Below are positions 1 to 7,560 of a stretch of 64,000 nt of DNA, piece after piece. Under the pieces are notes generated by a model that saw only the letters and a list, made by a program, of their open reading frames with translations, ran no database searches and had not been told where the DNA came from. Source of the stretch: a virus (lineage: Duplodnaviria > Caudoviricetes); IMG/VR virus record IMGVR_UViG_3300028797_002668, positions 1 through 64,000 of that record; one strand, written 5' to 3'. Positions within the stretch are counted from its first letter, which is position 1. Every line of letters starts with the position of its first letter. The position numbers were made by a program, and so were the translations under genes.

Positions 1-46
1 GGACAGCACAATGAAAGTGACCGACAGTATCTCGTCCTTGAGCACA

Positions 47-901
47 TTAAGCATTTTTAATCTTCCTCTTGTATTCCTCGACTTTCATCAAGAACTGCTG
101 ACGGTTCCCACCGAAGTACGCCTTCTTCGCACCCTCGATCCGGTCGGACAGATCATTCCAAGTAATCGTATTCGACGAGTCGTCACACAAGTAAGACTTT
201 ACCGCCGTAATCATCTTCGATACCGACTTCTGGTCGTTCGGATAGAGACGTACGCCATAGACTTGAGACTCGGTTATACGAGGAAGATAATACGAAAGGA
301 ACTCAATCTTAGTCATCTTTACGGCAAACGTGAAGTTGTCGAACGGAACCACATTGAACTTCACATAGGTCGTATTGCCGTATTTACTTATACCCTTAAA
401 CAGCAACCCGTTGAACTCGTCTCGGATTACCGTAACCAACGACCTAGGATCCATCTTCTTGATGGTTTTGCCGTCAAATTTAGCATAACGGCGATTTGTG
501 TCCATCGTTATTACGCTTTCGACCAAGTCCATATGGTTCTCGAACTCAAGCATACGATTATGCACGAGCCTGTCGAACTTTTCTGGGTCGGTAAAGATTT
601 CGAACTTACCTTTGGCTTTCAGGTCGTTAATGCATTGGATAGTATAGCCGACGGTTTCTTCGTGTTTAAACTGTGGATATGAGCATTTGCTTACTTGAAG
701 AACATTTCCTTCGAACCATACAGTATTGGAGTCTCTGGTCGTGCTTACTTCCGTAAACAAATCGTTCTCAAGCAAAAGACACTTGCCTTTCACTGCCTTA
801 ACCAATTCCGTCACGCCTTGCTTCCCTTGCAACTTTTTAATCTTGGCATTGATTTCATTGGCTTGTTCTTTCAGCTTGTCGAGTTCGGTGTTCTTGGCCA
901 T
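47..901 (-). CDS. hypothetical protein (284 aa)
   Basis: Long ORF starting 2 nt after the PTH2 stop; no recognised motif. Confidence 0.75.
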   Translation of the reverse strand: MAKNTELDKLKEQANEINAKIKKLQGKQGVTELVKAVKGKCLLLENDLFTEVSTTRDSNTVWFEGNVLQVSKCSYPQFKHEETVGYTIQCINDLKAKGKFEIFTDPEKFDRLVHNRMLEFENHMDLVESVITMDTNRRYAKFDGKTIKKMDPRSLVTVIRDEFNGLLFKGISKYGNTTYVKFNVVPFDNFTFAVKMTKIEFLSYYLPRITESQVYGVRLYPNDQKSVSKMITAVKSYLCDDSSNTITWNDLSDRIEGAKKAYFGGNRQQFLMKVEEYKRKIKNA

Positions 902-903
902 AA

Positions 904-1341
904 TTACCCCTTGTAGAGCTGATACTTTTTGCTCAAAGTACGACTAGTCTCGTCAGGCAACGGCTTGAACCAGATTCCGACGCGGCAATACTTGTTGCCT
1001 TTCTCGTCTACAGACTCCGGAGTCAGCTCAGTCAAGCAAGCGTCGTCGATAAAGTCATAGTCGGTTCCCTTGACCAGACCCATTTCCTTGGCGGCATCCT
1101 CCACCTTCATCAAGTGGTTCAGATTCTTCGCCTCGCAGATGGTTTTGACGAACAGACCTTGGATATACTCCTCCATAGTCTTTGAATCGAGTTCAAACGT
1201 CACTTGGTAAACACCGTCGTCCTCCATCGAATTCTTGGAGATAAGGCGGGTCCAGTAACCCTCGGCACAGTGAGCCACCATCGCGGCAAGCTTACCGGCA
1301 GACAGATTCAAGTCCTTTCGGATGATAAATAAACGGCGCAT
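904..1341 (-). CDS. pth2: peptidyl-tRNA hydrolase, PTH2 family
   Basis: N-terminal FIIRKDLNLSAGKLAAMVAHCA matches the PTH2 motif VRxDLxMxxGKxAAQxAH; DDACLTEL and terminal YQLY also fit. Confidence 0.85.
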   Translation of the reverse strand: MRRLFIIRKDLNLSAGKLAAMVAHCAEGYWTRLISKNSMEDDGVYQVTFELDSKTMEEYIQGLFVKTICEAKNLNHLMKVEDAAKEMGLVKGTDYDFIDDACLTELTPESVDEKGNKYCRVGIWFKPLPDETSRTLSKKYQLYKG

Positions 1342-2270
1342 TACTTCTCCGTCTTGTTATTGGTCTTCAACCATTCTTGGAAATACCAGAGCTGTCCGCA
1401 ACCGCCTCCGATGTCGTCCTGTCCAGCCGGATTGAACACGCGGAGCGACACGCCACGGGAAAGCAAGGCATCCTTGAAGTTATTGATAACCTCAAGCTGA
1501 CGGTCGATACTGGCGGCCACACTCTCGTCCTTCGAGCAGATAACGCTCAAAGTCGTCTCCCATACCTTCGGGTCGAACAGGTCTACCAAGCGTTCGGCAT
1601 CCTCGACGGCGTTGTTGCCTTCGTGGACACAGTAGTTGTAAAACGGCTTTCTACCCACATAGGAAGCCCACAGCTCGCCAAGAGAAGCGATCTGACGCAA
1701 CGTGCTGGTCTTGGTCGGAATGAGCTTCGAACGGTTCTCGTCGGTGCTCTCGTGGACGGAGAACTGCAGCCCAACCTTGTCGATTTCCTTGGACAACTCG
1801 ATGAACGCTGGCATATTGTGGAGCGCACCCCAACTCGGTGCCGATGTCGACACCAGCAAAGCGGCGTTCGGATATTTCTGGTTGAGACGCTTGATGGCAC
1901 ATTCCAGATTGATGTAGTTCATAAACGGCTCACCCATCGACATAAACATAATCTGGAACTTCTTGATTTCCTCGGTAGGCGTGTCCTTGAGTACGGAGTC
2001 GGCGATTGCAGTCTCGACTTGCTGGACAATCTCGGACGCGGTCAAGCTGCGGACGAAGAACCTACCCGTACCGCAGAAGGTACAGCCGACCGGGCAACCG
2101 CTCATAACGGAACAACAGATGACCGTGCGTTCCTTGTAGGATCCGTAACGGTACAGAACAGCCTCGGCGATAGCCGCCTTGCCTTGGTTGCTCGAATCTT
2201 CTTCCTTGGACCACTCGAAAACGTATTTCTTTACATTGGTGTCCGACGACTGGAAAACCTTGTACTGCAT
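1341..2270 (-). CDS. RlmN/Cfr-family radical SAM RNA methyltransferase (lacks the usual N-terminal domain)
   Basis: SGCPVGCTFCGTG (CxxxCxxC), MSMGEP and DIGGGCGQL (catalytic Cys motif); start placed at ATG 2270 after GAGG. Confidence 0.85.
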   Translation of the reverse strand: MQYKVFQSSDTNVKKYVFEWSKEEDSSNQGKAAIAEAVLYRYGSYKERTVICCSVMSGCPVGCTFCGTGRFFVRSLTASEIVQQVETAIADSVLKDTPTEEIKKFQIMFMSMGEPFMNYINLECAIKRLNQKYPNAALLVSTSAPSWGALHNMPAFIELSKEIDKVGLQFSVHESTDENRSKLIPTKTSTLRQIASLGELWASYVGRKPFYNYCVHEGNNAVEDAERLVDLFDPKVWETTLSVICSKDESVAASIDRQLEVINNFKDALLSRGVSLRVFNPAGQDDIGGGCGQLWYFQEWLKTNNKTEK

Positions 2271-2289
2271 ATATACCTCATTTTCGTAA

Positions 2290-2318
2290 AATATAGGTAT
2301 CTGCAGCACCGTTGTCAA
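2290..2318 (-). promoter_or_regulatory. sigma70-type promoter for the rlmN-like/pth2 operon
   Basis: TTGACA-17 nt-TATATT on the - strand. Confidence 0.7.
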
Positions 2319-2321
2319 GAC

Positions 2322-2735
2322 TTATCGGGACTTCTTCCGCCTAAAAACGAGCGTCCGTACGAAGTCAATTATCGTTTTCGGATTCCTCGCCGTATCTATA
2401 TAACATTCGTCCATCACATCTTTGAACACGTTTGGCCAACGCTTCCGCACCATCGGCAACGGGACCGGCGTAGTTAACATTCGCTCTCGTTCAGCTCGTA
2501 TACGCGCCGCTTCCGCGTCCTCGTCCTCCCAACGCTTCACGACATCCGGATAGAGCGTGGCTGACTCGACTTCAGTCGTGAACGAAATCGGAACAGGCTC
2601 TTTCTCTGCCCGGCGAAGGTACGACTCCTCGGCTGAAGCCGAACCGTTGTTACGGAAATAGCCGACCAGATAACGCTTAATTCCGGTCGACAACGAATAA
2701 TTCTTGTATAGCTTGACTACTGTTTCATATCGCAT
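2322..2735 (-). CDS. hypothetical protein
   Basis: 137-aa ORF filling the gap below tRNA-Cys. Confidence 0.65.
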   Translation of the reverse strand: MRYETVVKLYKNYSLSTGIKRYLVGYFRNNGSASAEESYLRRAEKEPVPISFTTEVESATLYPDVVKRWEDEDAEAARIRAERERMLTTPVPLPMVRKRWPNVFKDVMDECYIDTARNPKTIIDFVRTLVFRRKKSR

Positions 2736-2774
2736 ATAGCCAATTTAGATATATGCTATTTGAAATTCAATTAG

Positions 2775-2851
2775 AGCACTCGGACAGGCTCGAACTGTCG
2801 ATCATGCGGTTGCGGCGCATTGCCTTTAAAAACCAACTTGGCTACGAGTGC
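2775..2851 (-). tRNA. tRNA-Cys(GCA)
   Basis: Cloverleaf GCACTCG/CGAGTGC, anticodon loop CC-GCA-AC, U73, followed by CTA. Confidence 0.85.
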
Positions 2852-2856
2852 TTAAA

Positions 2857-2929
2857 TATGGCGACCCAGACTCGAACTGGGGTAAACGCTTTTAGGAGAA
2901 GCGCACATATCCAACTATGCTATCGCCAC
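2857..2929 (-). tRNA. tRNA-Arg(CCT)
   Basis: GTGGCGA/TCGCCAT acceptor; CGCTT-CTCCTAA-AAGCG. Confidence 0.9.
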
Positions 2930-2933
2930 ATAA

Positions 2934-3020
2934 TACCGACGCCCAGACTCGAACTGGGATGGGACTTGATGTCCCGGACGATTAGAAGTCGTCTGCACTA
3001 TCCAATTATGCGACGCCGGC
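2934..3020 (-). tRNA. tRNA-Arg(TCT) with long variable arm
   Basis: GACGA-CTTCTAA-TCGTC; extra arm GGGAC-ATCAA-GTCCC. Confidence 0.8.
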
Positions 3021-3026
3021 AAAAGA

Positions 3027-3362
3027 CTAACGCCTTACCGGTCTACACACGAACATACATCGGTCGCTTCCCCATACAGTCTTGGGAGCATTACCGTCAA
3101 AACCACGGATGTCAACCGTGACAATACCGTCGGAATACAGGAAACCGTTGCCTTCGGCAATACCTTCCACCTTTTCCGTGCCGGATTCAAATACAGAATA
3201 ACCGAACGAGTTGCCTTCCCCGGCAACGTCGGAACCCTTCTGGCGAAGATACAGCTTCGCCTTTTCCATATCGCACCCGGTAGCCTCCAGTGCTTCCTTG
3301 CACAGAGCTACGCTGACTTGCGTCTGGTCACGGAGTTCCTTAATCTGTTCCAATGTTGCCAT
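3027..3362 (-). CDS. protein with EF-Ts N-terminal (UBA-like) domain
   Basis: MATLEQIKELRDQTQVSVALCKEALEATGCDMEKAKLYLRQKG matches the EF-Ts N-terminus; AAGGA SD before ATG 3362; too short for a full EF-Ts. Confidence 0.8.
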   Translation of the reverse strand: MATLEQIKELRDQTQVSVALCKEALEATGCDMEKAKLYLRQKGSDVAGEGNSFGYSVFESGTEKVEGIAEGNGFLYSDGIVTVDIRGFDGNAPKTVWGSDRCMFVCRPVRR

Positions 3363-3420
3363 AGTTATTCCTTGCTTAATTCCTACAGAGTAACACTTCG
3401 GATAACCCCTCAACTTCGGA

Positions 3421-3636
3421 CTATACTAAATCCCAGAAGTTGTCTTGCAAAAGCTGCATATCTTCCGGATCCAAATCCTTCTGGTCGTTCAAGAACCGCT
3501 CCGCAAAGTCCTCAAGCTTCCGCTTCGCGGACCGTCTGAGACGCTTGCGTCCCTTGTTGTGCTTCGGCGTACTGGTGTCGTGCTTGTGGTTGACATCGTC
3601 GTTTCCGCGTTCTTTCGCCCAAATCTTGTCACCCAT
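3421..3636 (-). CDS. small basic hypothetical protein
   Basis: ORF with AAGGA-type SD; overlaps the stop of the upstream gene. Confidence 0.6.
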   Translation of the reverse strand: MGDKIWAKERGNDDVNHKHDTSTPKHNKGRKRLRRSAKRKLEDFAERFLNDQKDLDPEDMQLLQDNFWDLV

Positions 3637-3853
3637 CGTCTTCTTCCTTCGGCGGATCAATCGTCGCCACCAGCTTTATGCCAATTAGTTTAGGCTGCGG
3701 CGGCAGTTTCTTCATAGTCAAATCGAGTGTCAGATAGTTAGGTTCTTCAAAAGTGAACTTATACTCGAACAATTCCGGAGGATATCTCCTCTGGACTTCC
3801 GCTATTCGCGCTTTCTCTCGCGGTGACAATCGGTTCTCGATTTGTTTATCCAT
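3629..3853 (-). CDS. hypothetical protein
   Basis: MDKQIENR... begins just 3' of tRNA-Leu(TAG). Confidence 0.6.
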   Translation of the reverse strand: MDKQIENRLSPREKARIAEVQRRYPPELFEYKFTFEEPNYLTLDLTMKKLPPQPKLIGIKLVATIDPPKEEDDG

Positions 3854-3867
3854 TATAAAACCCTTAG

Positions 3868-3949
3868 TCTGGGTAGAGGGAATTGAACCCACACGCCTTG
3901 CGGCACTCGATTCTAAGCCGAGACTGTCTACCTATTCCAGCATACCCAG
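3868..3949 (-). tRNA. tRNA-Leu(TAG)
   Basis: CTCGG-CTTAGAA-TCGAG; long variable arm; CTA end. Confidence 0.92.
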
Positions 3950-3953
3950 ATTA

Positions 3954-4024
3954 TTGGCCTACCAGGAGCCGAACCCGATCCTAATGGCTCAAAACCATTC
4001 GTGCTACCGTTACACCATAGGCCA
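3954..4024 (-). tRNA. tRNA-Gln(TTG)
   Basis: TGGCCTA/TAGGCCA; AATGG-TTTTGAG-CCATT. Confidence 0.88.
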
Positions 4025-4038
4025 GAATAAATATATTA

Positions 4039-5259
4039 CTATTCAGGTTTAATGTCAAACTGGTTCACTTTACGTCGGAAAACCTTCCCTTTAAATTCAT
4101 CTGGAAACCGGTTTAAAGTCGCTTCAATAACTCGTTTAGTCAAATGAGTTACTTGTTCTACTTTTCCTACCCAACCAAATTTCATTAAATCTACACCGCT
4201 ATTCAATATTAACGCTTTCCGGTGATTCCATTCATTAAATGTAACACCTATACCATTTAGCCACCCATTATTACGTAATAATCCTTGTTCTGCCGCAGTT
4301 TTCATTACTCGGTTCCGCTCCGCTTGTTTTTGCCTACGCAACGCTTCTTTTGCCATTTGTCGAAGCTGTTTCGATTTCTCCTTTTCAACTGGCACCGGTA
4401 ATGGCGGTATAGTATTACTATCGGGTGATACAAATGAACGGATCAACTCATCAACATAAAAGTTCTTTTGGTTATCATTTAATTGCATAAACGATTTCCA
4501 CCGCACCCTAGCGATTAAAAACCAGCCTTTCTCTGCCAACTTCTTAGTACGCTCAATATCGTGTAATTTCCCATACTCATCATAATGCTGCTCACCATCG
4601 ACTTCAAAATAAACCTTTGTATCAAGATTGGCAAAATCTAGTCGATAACGGCTTACTTGCAAATTATTTGCCCAGTGTATACTTTCACAACGCGAGTTAA
4701 CTATATCATAAAAATATTGTTCAGCATAACTACGCTGTTTCAATGGTCCAGACCAGTTATATTTAACTCGGTGAGTTGCCAAATATTGCTTTCTTGCATC
4801 ACTTAATTTCTTACGTGTACTTGGTGTAACCATTCGGTGTTTATATAATCCTAACGCAGTACGAGCCATATACGTTTCTGTACTTTTTCGATGCGCATCA
4901 TAATTAATAATTCGGCCAAGTCTATCAGTCGGCAATTTCTTTTTAGCTTCACATATCTTATAATGCGAAAATAAAATCCGTCGAGTTTCGAAAAAATTAT
5001 GGCAATACTTACATTCCCAAGTTCTAGCGTCGGCACTAATAGTGCCCGGTTTAGCATATTTGCCGTGTTCATCAATCCGATGCTGATCTCGAATATGTAA
5101 TGTTTTAAAAAACTGGTGACAAATAGGGCATTCCCAAGAATACGGTTTAGCTTTTATTTTATCTAGTCCGTGGATTGATTTCTTATGGCGACGCATCGCC
5201 GATTTACTTTCAAACAGTTCACCACATTTAGGACAATTACACGGTTTTGACTTAGACAT
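4039..5259 (-). CDS. putative homing endonuclease: C2H2-like zinc fingers plus DUF559/Vsr-like nuclease domain
   Basis: Three CxxC...H/C fingers; YRLDFA...YFEVDGEQHY...D..R...L...GW motif; AT-rich insertion in the tRNA array; GAGG SD before ATG 5259. Confidence 0.75.
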   Translation of the reverse strand: MSKSKPCNCPKCGELFESKSAMRRHKKSIHGLDKIKAKPYSWECPICHQFFKTLHIRDQHRIDEHGKYAKPGTISADARTWECKYCHNFFETRRILFSHYKICEAKKKLPTDRLGRIINYDAHRKSTETYMARTALGLYKHRMVTPSTRKKLSDARKQYLATHRVKYNWSGPLKQRSYAEQYFYDIVNSRCESIHWANNLQVSRYRLDFANLDTKVYFEVDGEQHYDEYGKLHDIERTKKLAEKGWFLIARVRWKSFMQLNDNQKNFYVDELIRSFVSPDSNTIPPLPVPVEKEKSKQLRQMAKEALRRQKQAERNRVMKTAAEQGLLRNNGWLNGIGVTFNEWNHRKALILNSGVDLMKFGWVGKVEQVTHLTKRVIEATLNRFPDEFKGKVFRRKVNQFDIKPE

Positions 5260-5382
5260 ATCAGCCTCAATAAAGAATGTCCTCGGTATAGCAATATTGT
5301 GGCACTCTGCATATACCGAGGACATCGAAAACTTTATTGGTTTCTACAAGACCGTGAGTGCCACCTAACGCTCTTATATACC

Positions 5383-5390
5383 AGTTTATA
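5383..5390 (-). promoter_or_regulatory. putative late promoter TATAAACT
   Basis: Motif recurs upstream of virion genes throughout the window. Confidence 0.55.
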
Positions 5391-5419
5391 TGTCCTAAAT
5401 TATATCATTATTTGAGATA

Positions 5420-5503
5420 TCGACAGAAAGGGACTTGAACCCTTACGTACTTTCGTACACGAAACTCTGAATTTCGCTAGGCTACCAATTACTACATCTG
5501 CCG
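5420..5503 (-). tRNA. tRNA-Leu(CAG)
   Basis: CGAAA-TTCAGAG-TTTCG; long variable arm. Confidence 0.9.
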
Positions 5504-5507
5504 TTAG

Positions 5508-5592
5508 TCGCTCAAGTGGGAGTCGAACCCACACGTCCTTTCGGACAACGCATTTTGAGTGCGTCGCGTATCGCCAATTCCGCCACAGAGCG
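5508..5592 (-). tRNA. tRNA-Leu(CAA)
   Basis: ACGCA-CTCAAAA-TGCGT; long variable arm; CTA end. Confidence 0.92.
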
Positions 5593-5598
5593 TTGTAG

Positions 5599-5669
5599 AG
5601 CACCTAGTCAGATTCGAACTGGCGATTGCGGTTTGGAAGACCACCTTGTTACCACTACAATATAGGTGC
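5599..5669 (-). tRNA. tRNA-Gly(TCC)
   Basis: GTGGT-CTTCCAA-ACCGC; U73; CTA end. Confidence 0.9.
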
Positions 5670-5673
5670 TTAG

Positions 5674-5766
5674 TGCGGGTAGGGGGATTCGAACCCAATT
5701 CCGACTCCGCGATTAAAAGTCGCGTACTCTTGGCGTAGAACGCACTACCAGCTGAGTTATACCCGC
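5674..5766 (-). tRNA. tRNA-Lys(TTT) with D-loop and T-stem insertions
   Basis: GCGGGTA/TACCCGC; CGCGA-CTTTTAA-TCGCG; about 16 extra nt in the D-loop and a 4-nt bulge in the T-stem. Confidence 0.75.
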
Positions 5767-5797
5767 ATAATTCGCAGCTGATAGGCAGCTGTCACCA

Positions 5798-5824
5798 TCA
5801 TAATCGTTTGCATTTTCGTTTCAT
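5798..5824 (-). CDS. micro-ORF MKRKCKRL (putative Lys-sensing leader peptide)
   Basis: AAAGGA SD 8 nt before ATG; three AAA codons; directly upstream of tRNA-Lys(TTT). Confidence 0.5.
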   Translation of the reverse strand: MKRKCKRL

Positions 5825-5842
5825 AATTAGTTTCCTTTGTAG

Positions 5843-5928
5843 TCGCCCATACCGAACTCGAATCGGTACGCGATTACTCGCAGGGAATTTTAAGTTCCCA
5901 ATGTCTACCCAAATTCCATCAATGGGCG
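5843..5928 (-). tRNA. tRNA-Leu(TAA)
   Basis: GGGAA-CTTAAAA-TTCCC; long variable arm; CTA end. Confidence 0.92.
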
Positions 5929-5942
5929 TTGTTAAAGTTTAG

Positions 5943-6030
5943 TCTCGATGGGCAGAGTCGGACTGCCACGCACGTTTGTATATGCCACAGGCTCTCAACC
6001 TGTTATGTCTACCAGTTCCATCACATCGAG
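5943..6030 (-). tRNA. tRNA-Leu(GAG)
   Basis: ACAGG-TTGAGAG-CCTGT; long variable arm; T-loop TCCGACT. Confidence 0.85.
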
Positions 6031-6037
6031 ATAGTAG

Positions 6038-6109
6038 TTGCCGATGATGGGATCGAACCACCGAATAGAGGAGTCAGAGTCCTCTGCCTTACCGCTTGGC
6101 GAATCGGCA
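6038..6109 (-). tRNA. tRNA-Gln(CTG)
   Basis: GAGGA-CTCTGAC-TCCTC. Confidence 0.93.
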
Positions 6110-6117
6110 ATAATTAG

Positions 6118-6190
6118 AGCGGCATACCGGGTTCGAACCGGTGACCTCCACCATGGCAAGGTGGCGCACTACCAACTGTGCTAATGCCGC
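6118..6190 (-). tRNA. tRNA-Gly(GCC)
   Basis: CCACC-TTGCCAT-GGTGG. Confidence 0.94.
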
Positions 6191-6199
6191 ATATTTTAG

Positions 6200-6273
6200 G
6201 TGGATAGACCGGCCCCGACCCGGCAACCTCTGGCGCCACAAGCCAGAACTCTACCAATTGAGCTACCATCCAC
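6200..6273 (-). tRNA. tRNA-His(GTG)
   Basis: Encoded G-1:C73; CTGGC-TTGTGGC-GCCAG; atypical T-loop GTCGGGG. Confidence 0.88.
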
Positions 6274-6280
6274 ATATTAG

Positions 6281-6367
6281 AAGAGGGTACAGGATTTGAA
6301 CCTGTGAGGGAGTTACCCCTGTCTCGTTAGCACCGAGATGCAATCAGCCGGACTCTGCCAACCCTCC
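6281..6367 (-). tRNA. tRNA-Ser(GCT)
   Basis: TCTCG-GTGCTAA-CGAGA; long variable arm. Confidence 0.9.
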
Positions 6368-6371
6368 ATAA

Positions 6372-6443
6372 CGCCTACTGAGAATATCGAAATCCCGACC
6401 TACCGATTACGAAACGGTTGCTCTGCCTCTGAGCTAAGTAGGC
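6372..6443 (-). tRNA. tRNA-Thr(CGT)
   Basis: ACCGT-TTCGTAA-TCGGT; GCCTACT/AGTAGGC. Confidence 0.88.
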
Positions 6444-7226
6444 TTAAACATAAACACCAATTAACTGAGTATCTGGCTTAAATTGATGACGCCGTGTACT
6501 GCGCAGTTCAGAAAATTTAGGAATATAGTTATTAAACCAGCGATAAATCGCCGGGTGTTTTAAATGACATTGACTCGTAAATTCCGTTATACTTCGACAA
6601 TTACTTTGATGAAAAGAATCCCATAACTGTTGCGCCTTCCGTAATGATTGCTGATAATCATTATTATGATATCGATGCACAATTTTATCATTGGCTTGTA
6701 TAGCATTATATGTATGCTTAAACTTTAAAGCTGATTGTTCGCCACGAAACAAGTTTCTGCCTTGATACCACGGGTAATTTAATTGAGTACGCGATCGTTT
6801 AGACTCGCCCGTATAACAATTAGTATACCAGTGAGTACCATATTGAGAATTATTTTCGCCAGATTGTACGGTCGCGAGAAGTTGACTTACTTGCTTAGAA
6901 AATTCGGCTCTATAGTATTCATATACGTGTGAATTAACATATCGACACAGTCGAGGTTTTTTACTTGACATTCGCCACAGTGCATACAACATTTTCGCAC
7001 GTTCATCACTATTTAATGGATAAATTTTAACCAATAACCAGTGACATATAAAATGCTCTCTTCCAGTTAATAATGCCATATTTTGAATAGCATCTTTACC
7101 ACCCAACGAACGCGGCACAATATGATGGTCTTCAAAATACTTGCCTTGTTTCTTCAAGGCTAACCGTTCAGTTCGTTCAGACTGAGCACGCAATACAATG
7201 CTTGCGTAAATTCTAGTATAATTCAT
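6444..7226 (-). CDS. HNH homing endonuclease
   Basis: EDHHIVPRSLGGKDAIQNMALLTGREHFICHWLL (HNH core) and SGENNSQYG (NUMOD-like); AT-rich; stop abuts tRNA-Thr. Confidence 0.88.
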   Translation of the reverse strand: MNYTRIYASIVLRAQSERTERLALKKQGKYFEDHHIVPRSLGGKDAIQNMALLTGREHFICHWLLVKIYPLNSDERAKMLYALWRMSSKKPRLCRYVNSHVYEYYRAEFSKQVSQLLATVQSGENNSQYGTHWYTNCYTGESKRSRTQLNYPWYQGRNLFRGEQSALKFKHTYNAIQANDKIVHRYHNNDYQQSLRKAQQLWDSFHQSNCRSITEFTSQCHLKHPAIYRWFNNYIPKFSELRSTRRHQFKPDTQLIGVYV

Positions 7227-7255
7227 AATAAAACATCTGGCAATGTTCTAATTAT

Positions 7256-7263
7256 AGTTTATA
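7256..7263 (-). promoter_or_regulatory. putative late promoter TATAAACT
   Basis: About 30 nt upstream of the HNH start codon. Confidence 0.55.
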
Positions 7264-7384
7264 ACAGTTTGAATTACCAGAGTAAGACTCGAACGACAAG
7301 TCAAGTAATGCCAGTTACCTGTCCTCTGGTAATCCACATTGCATTACTTAAATTATATTCTTTATGAAATACTACGTTTTTTAG

Positions 7385-7466
7385 CGGAAGCGGAGGGACT
7401 CGAACCCCCAAACCTTACGGCCGGTTGCTTTCGAGGCAACTCCACCACCAGTTGTGGGACACTTCC
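7385..7466 (-). tRNA. tRNA-Ser(CGA)
   Basis: GTTGC-CTCGAAA-GCAAC; long variable arm; G73. Confidence 0.9.
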
Positions 7467-7472
7467 AAATAG

Positions 7473-7545
7473 TCAGCGTGGGTGGACTCGAACCACCGAC
7501 CTCACCGCCCCGAACGGTGCGCTCTACCAGCTGAGCTACACGCTG
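7473..7545 (-). tRNA. tRNA-Pro(CGG)
   Basis: CACCG-TTCGGGG-CGGTG. Confidence 0.94.
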
Positions 7546-7560
7546 AAAGTTTGTTGTTAG

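Noticed and set aside
1377-2477. Long + strand ORFs (1377-2477, 11-682, 59980-60966, 44375-45043, 48832-49506)
   Set aside because: They are antisense shadows of well-supported - strand genes with biased codon usage and carry no motifs.
6444-7349. IscB/HEARO or TnpB RNA-guided nuclease
   Set aside because: The protein lacks PLMP and RuvC motifs and is an ordinary phage HNH; the upstream structure is much shorter than an omega RNA.
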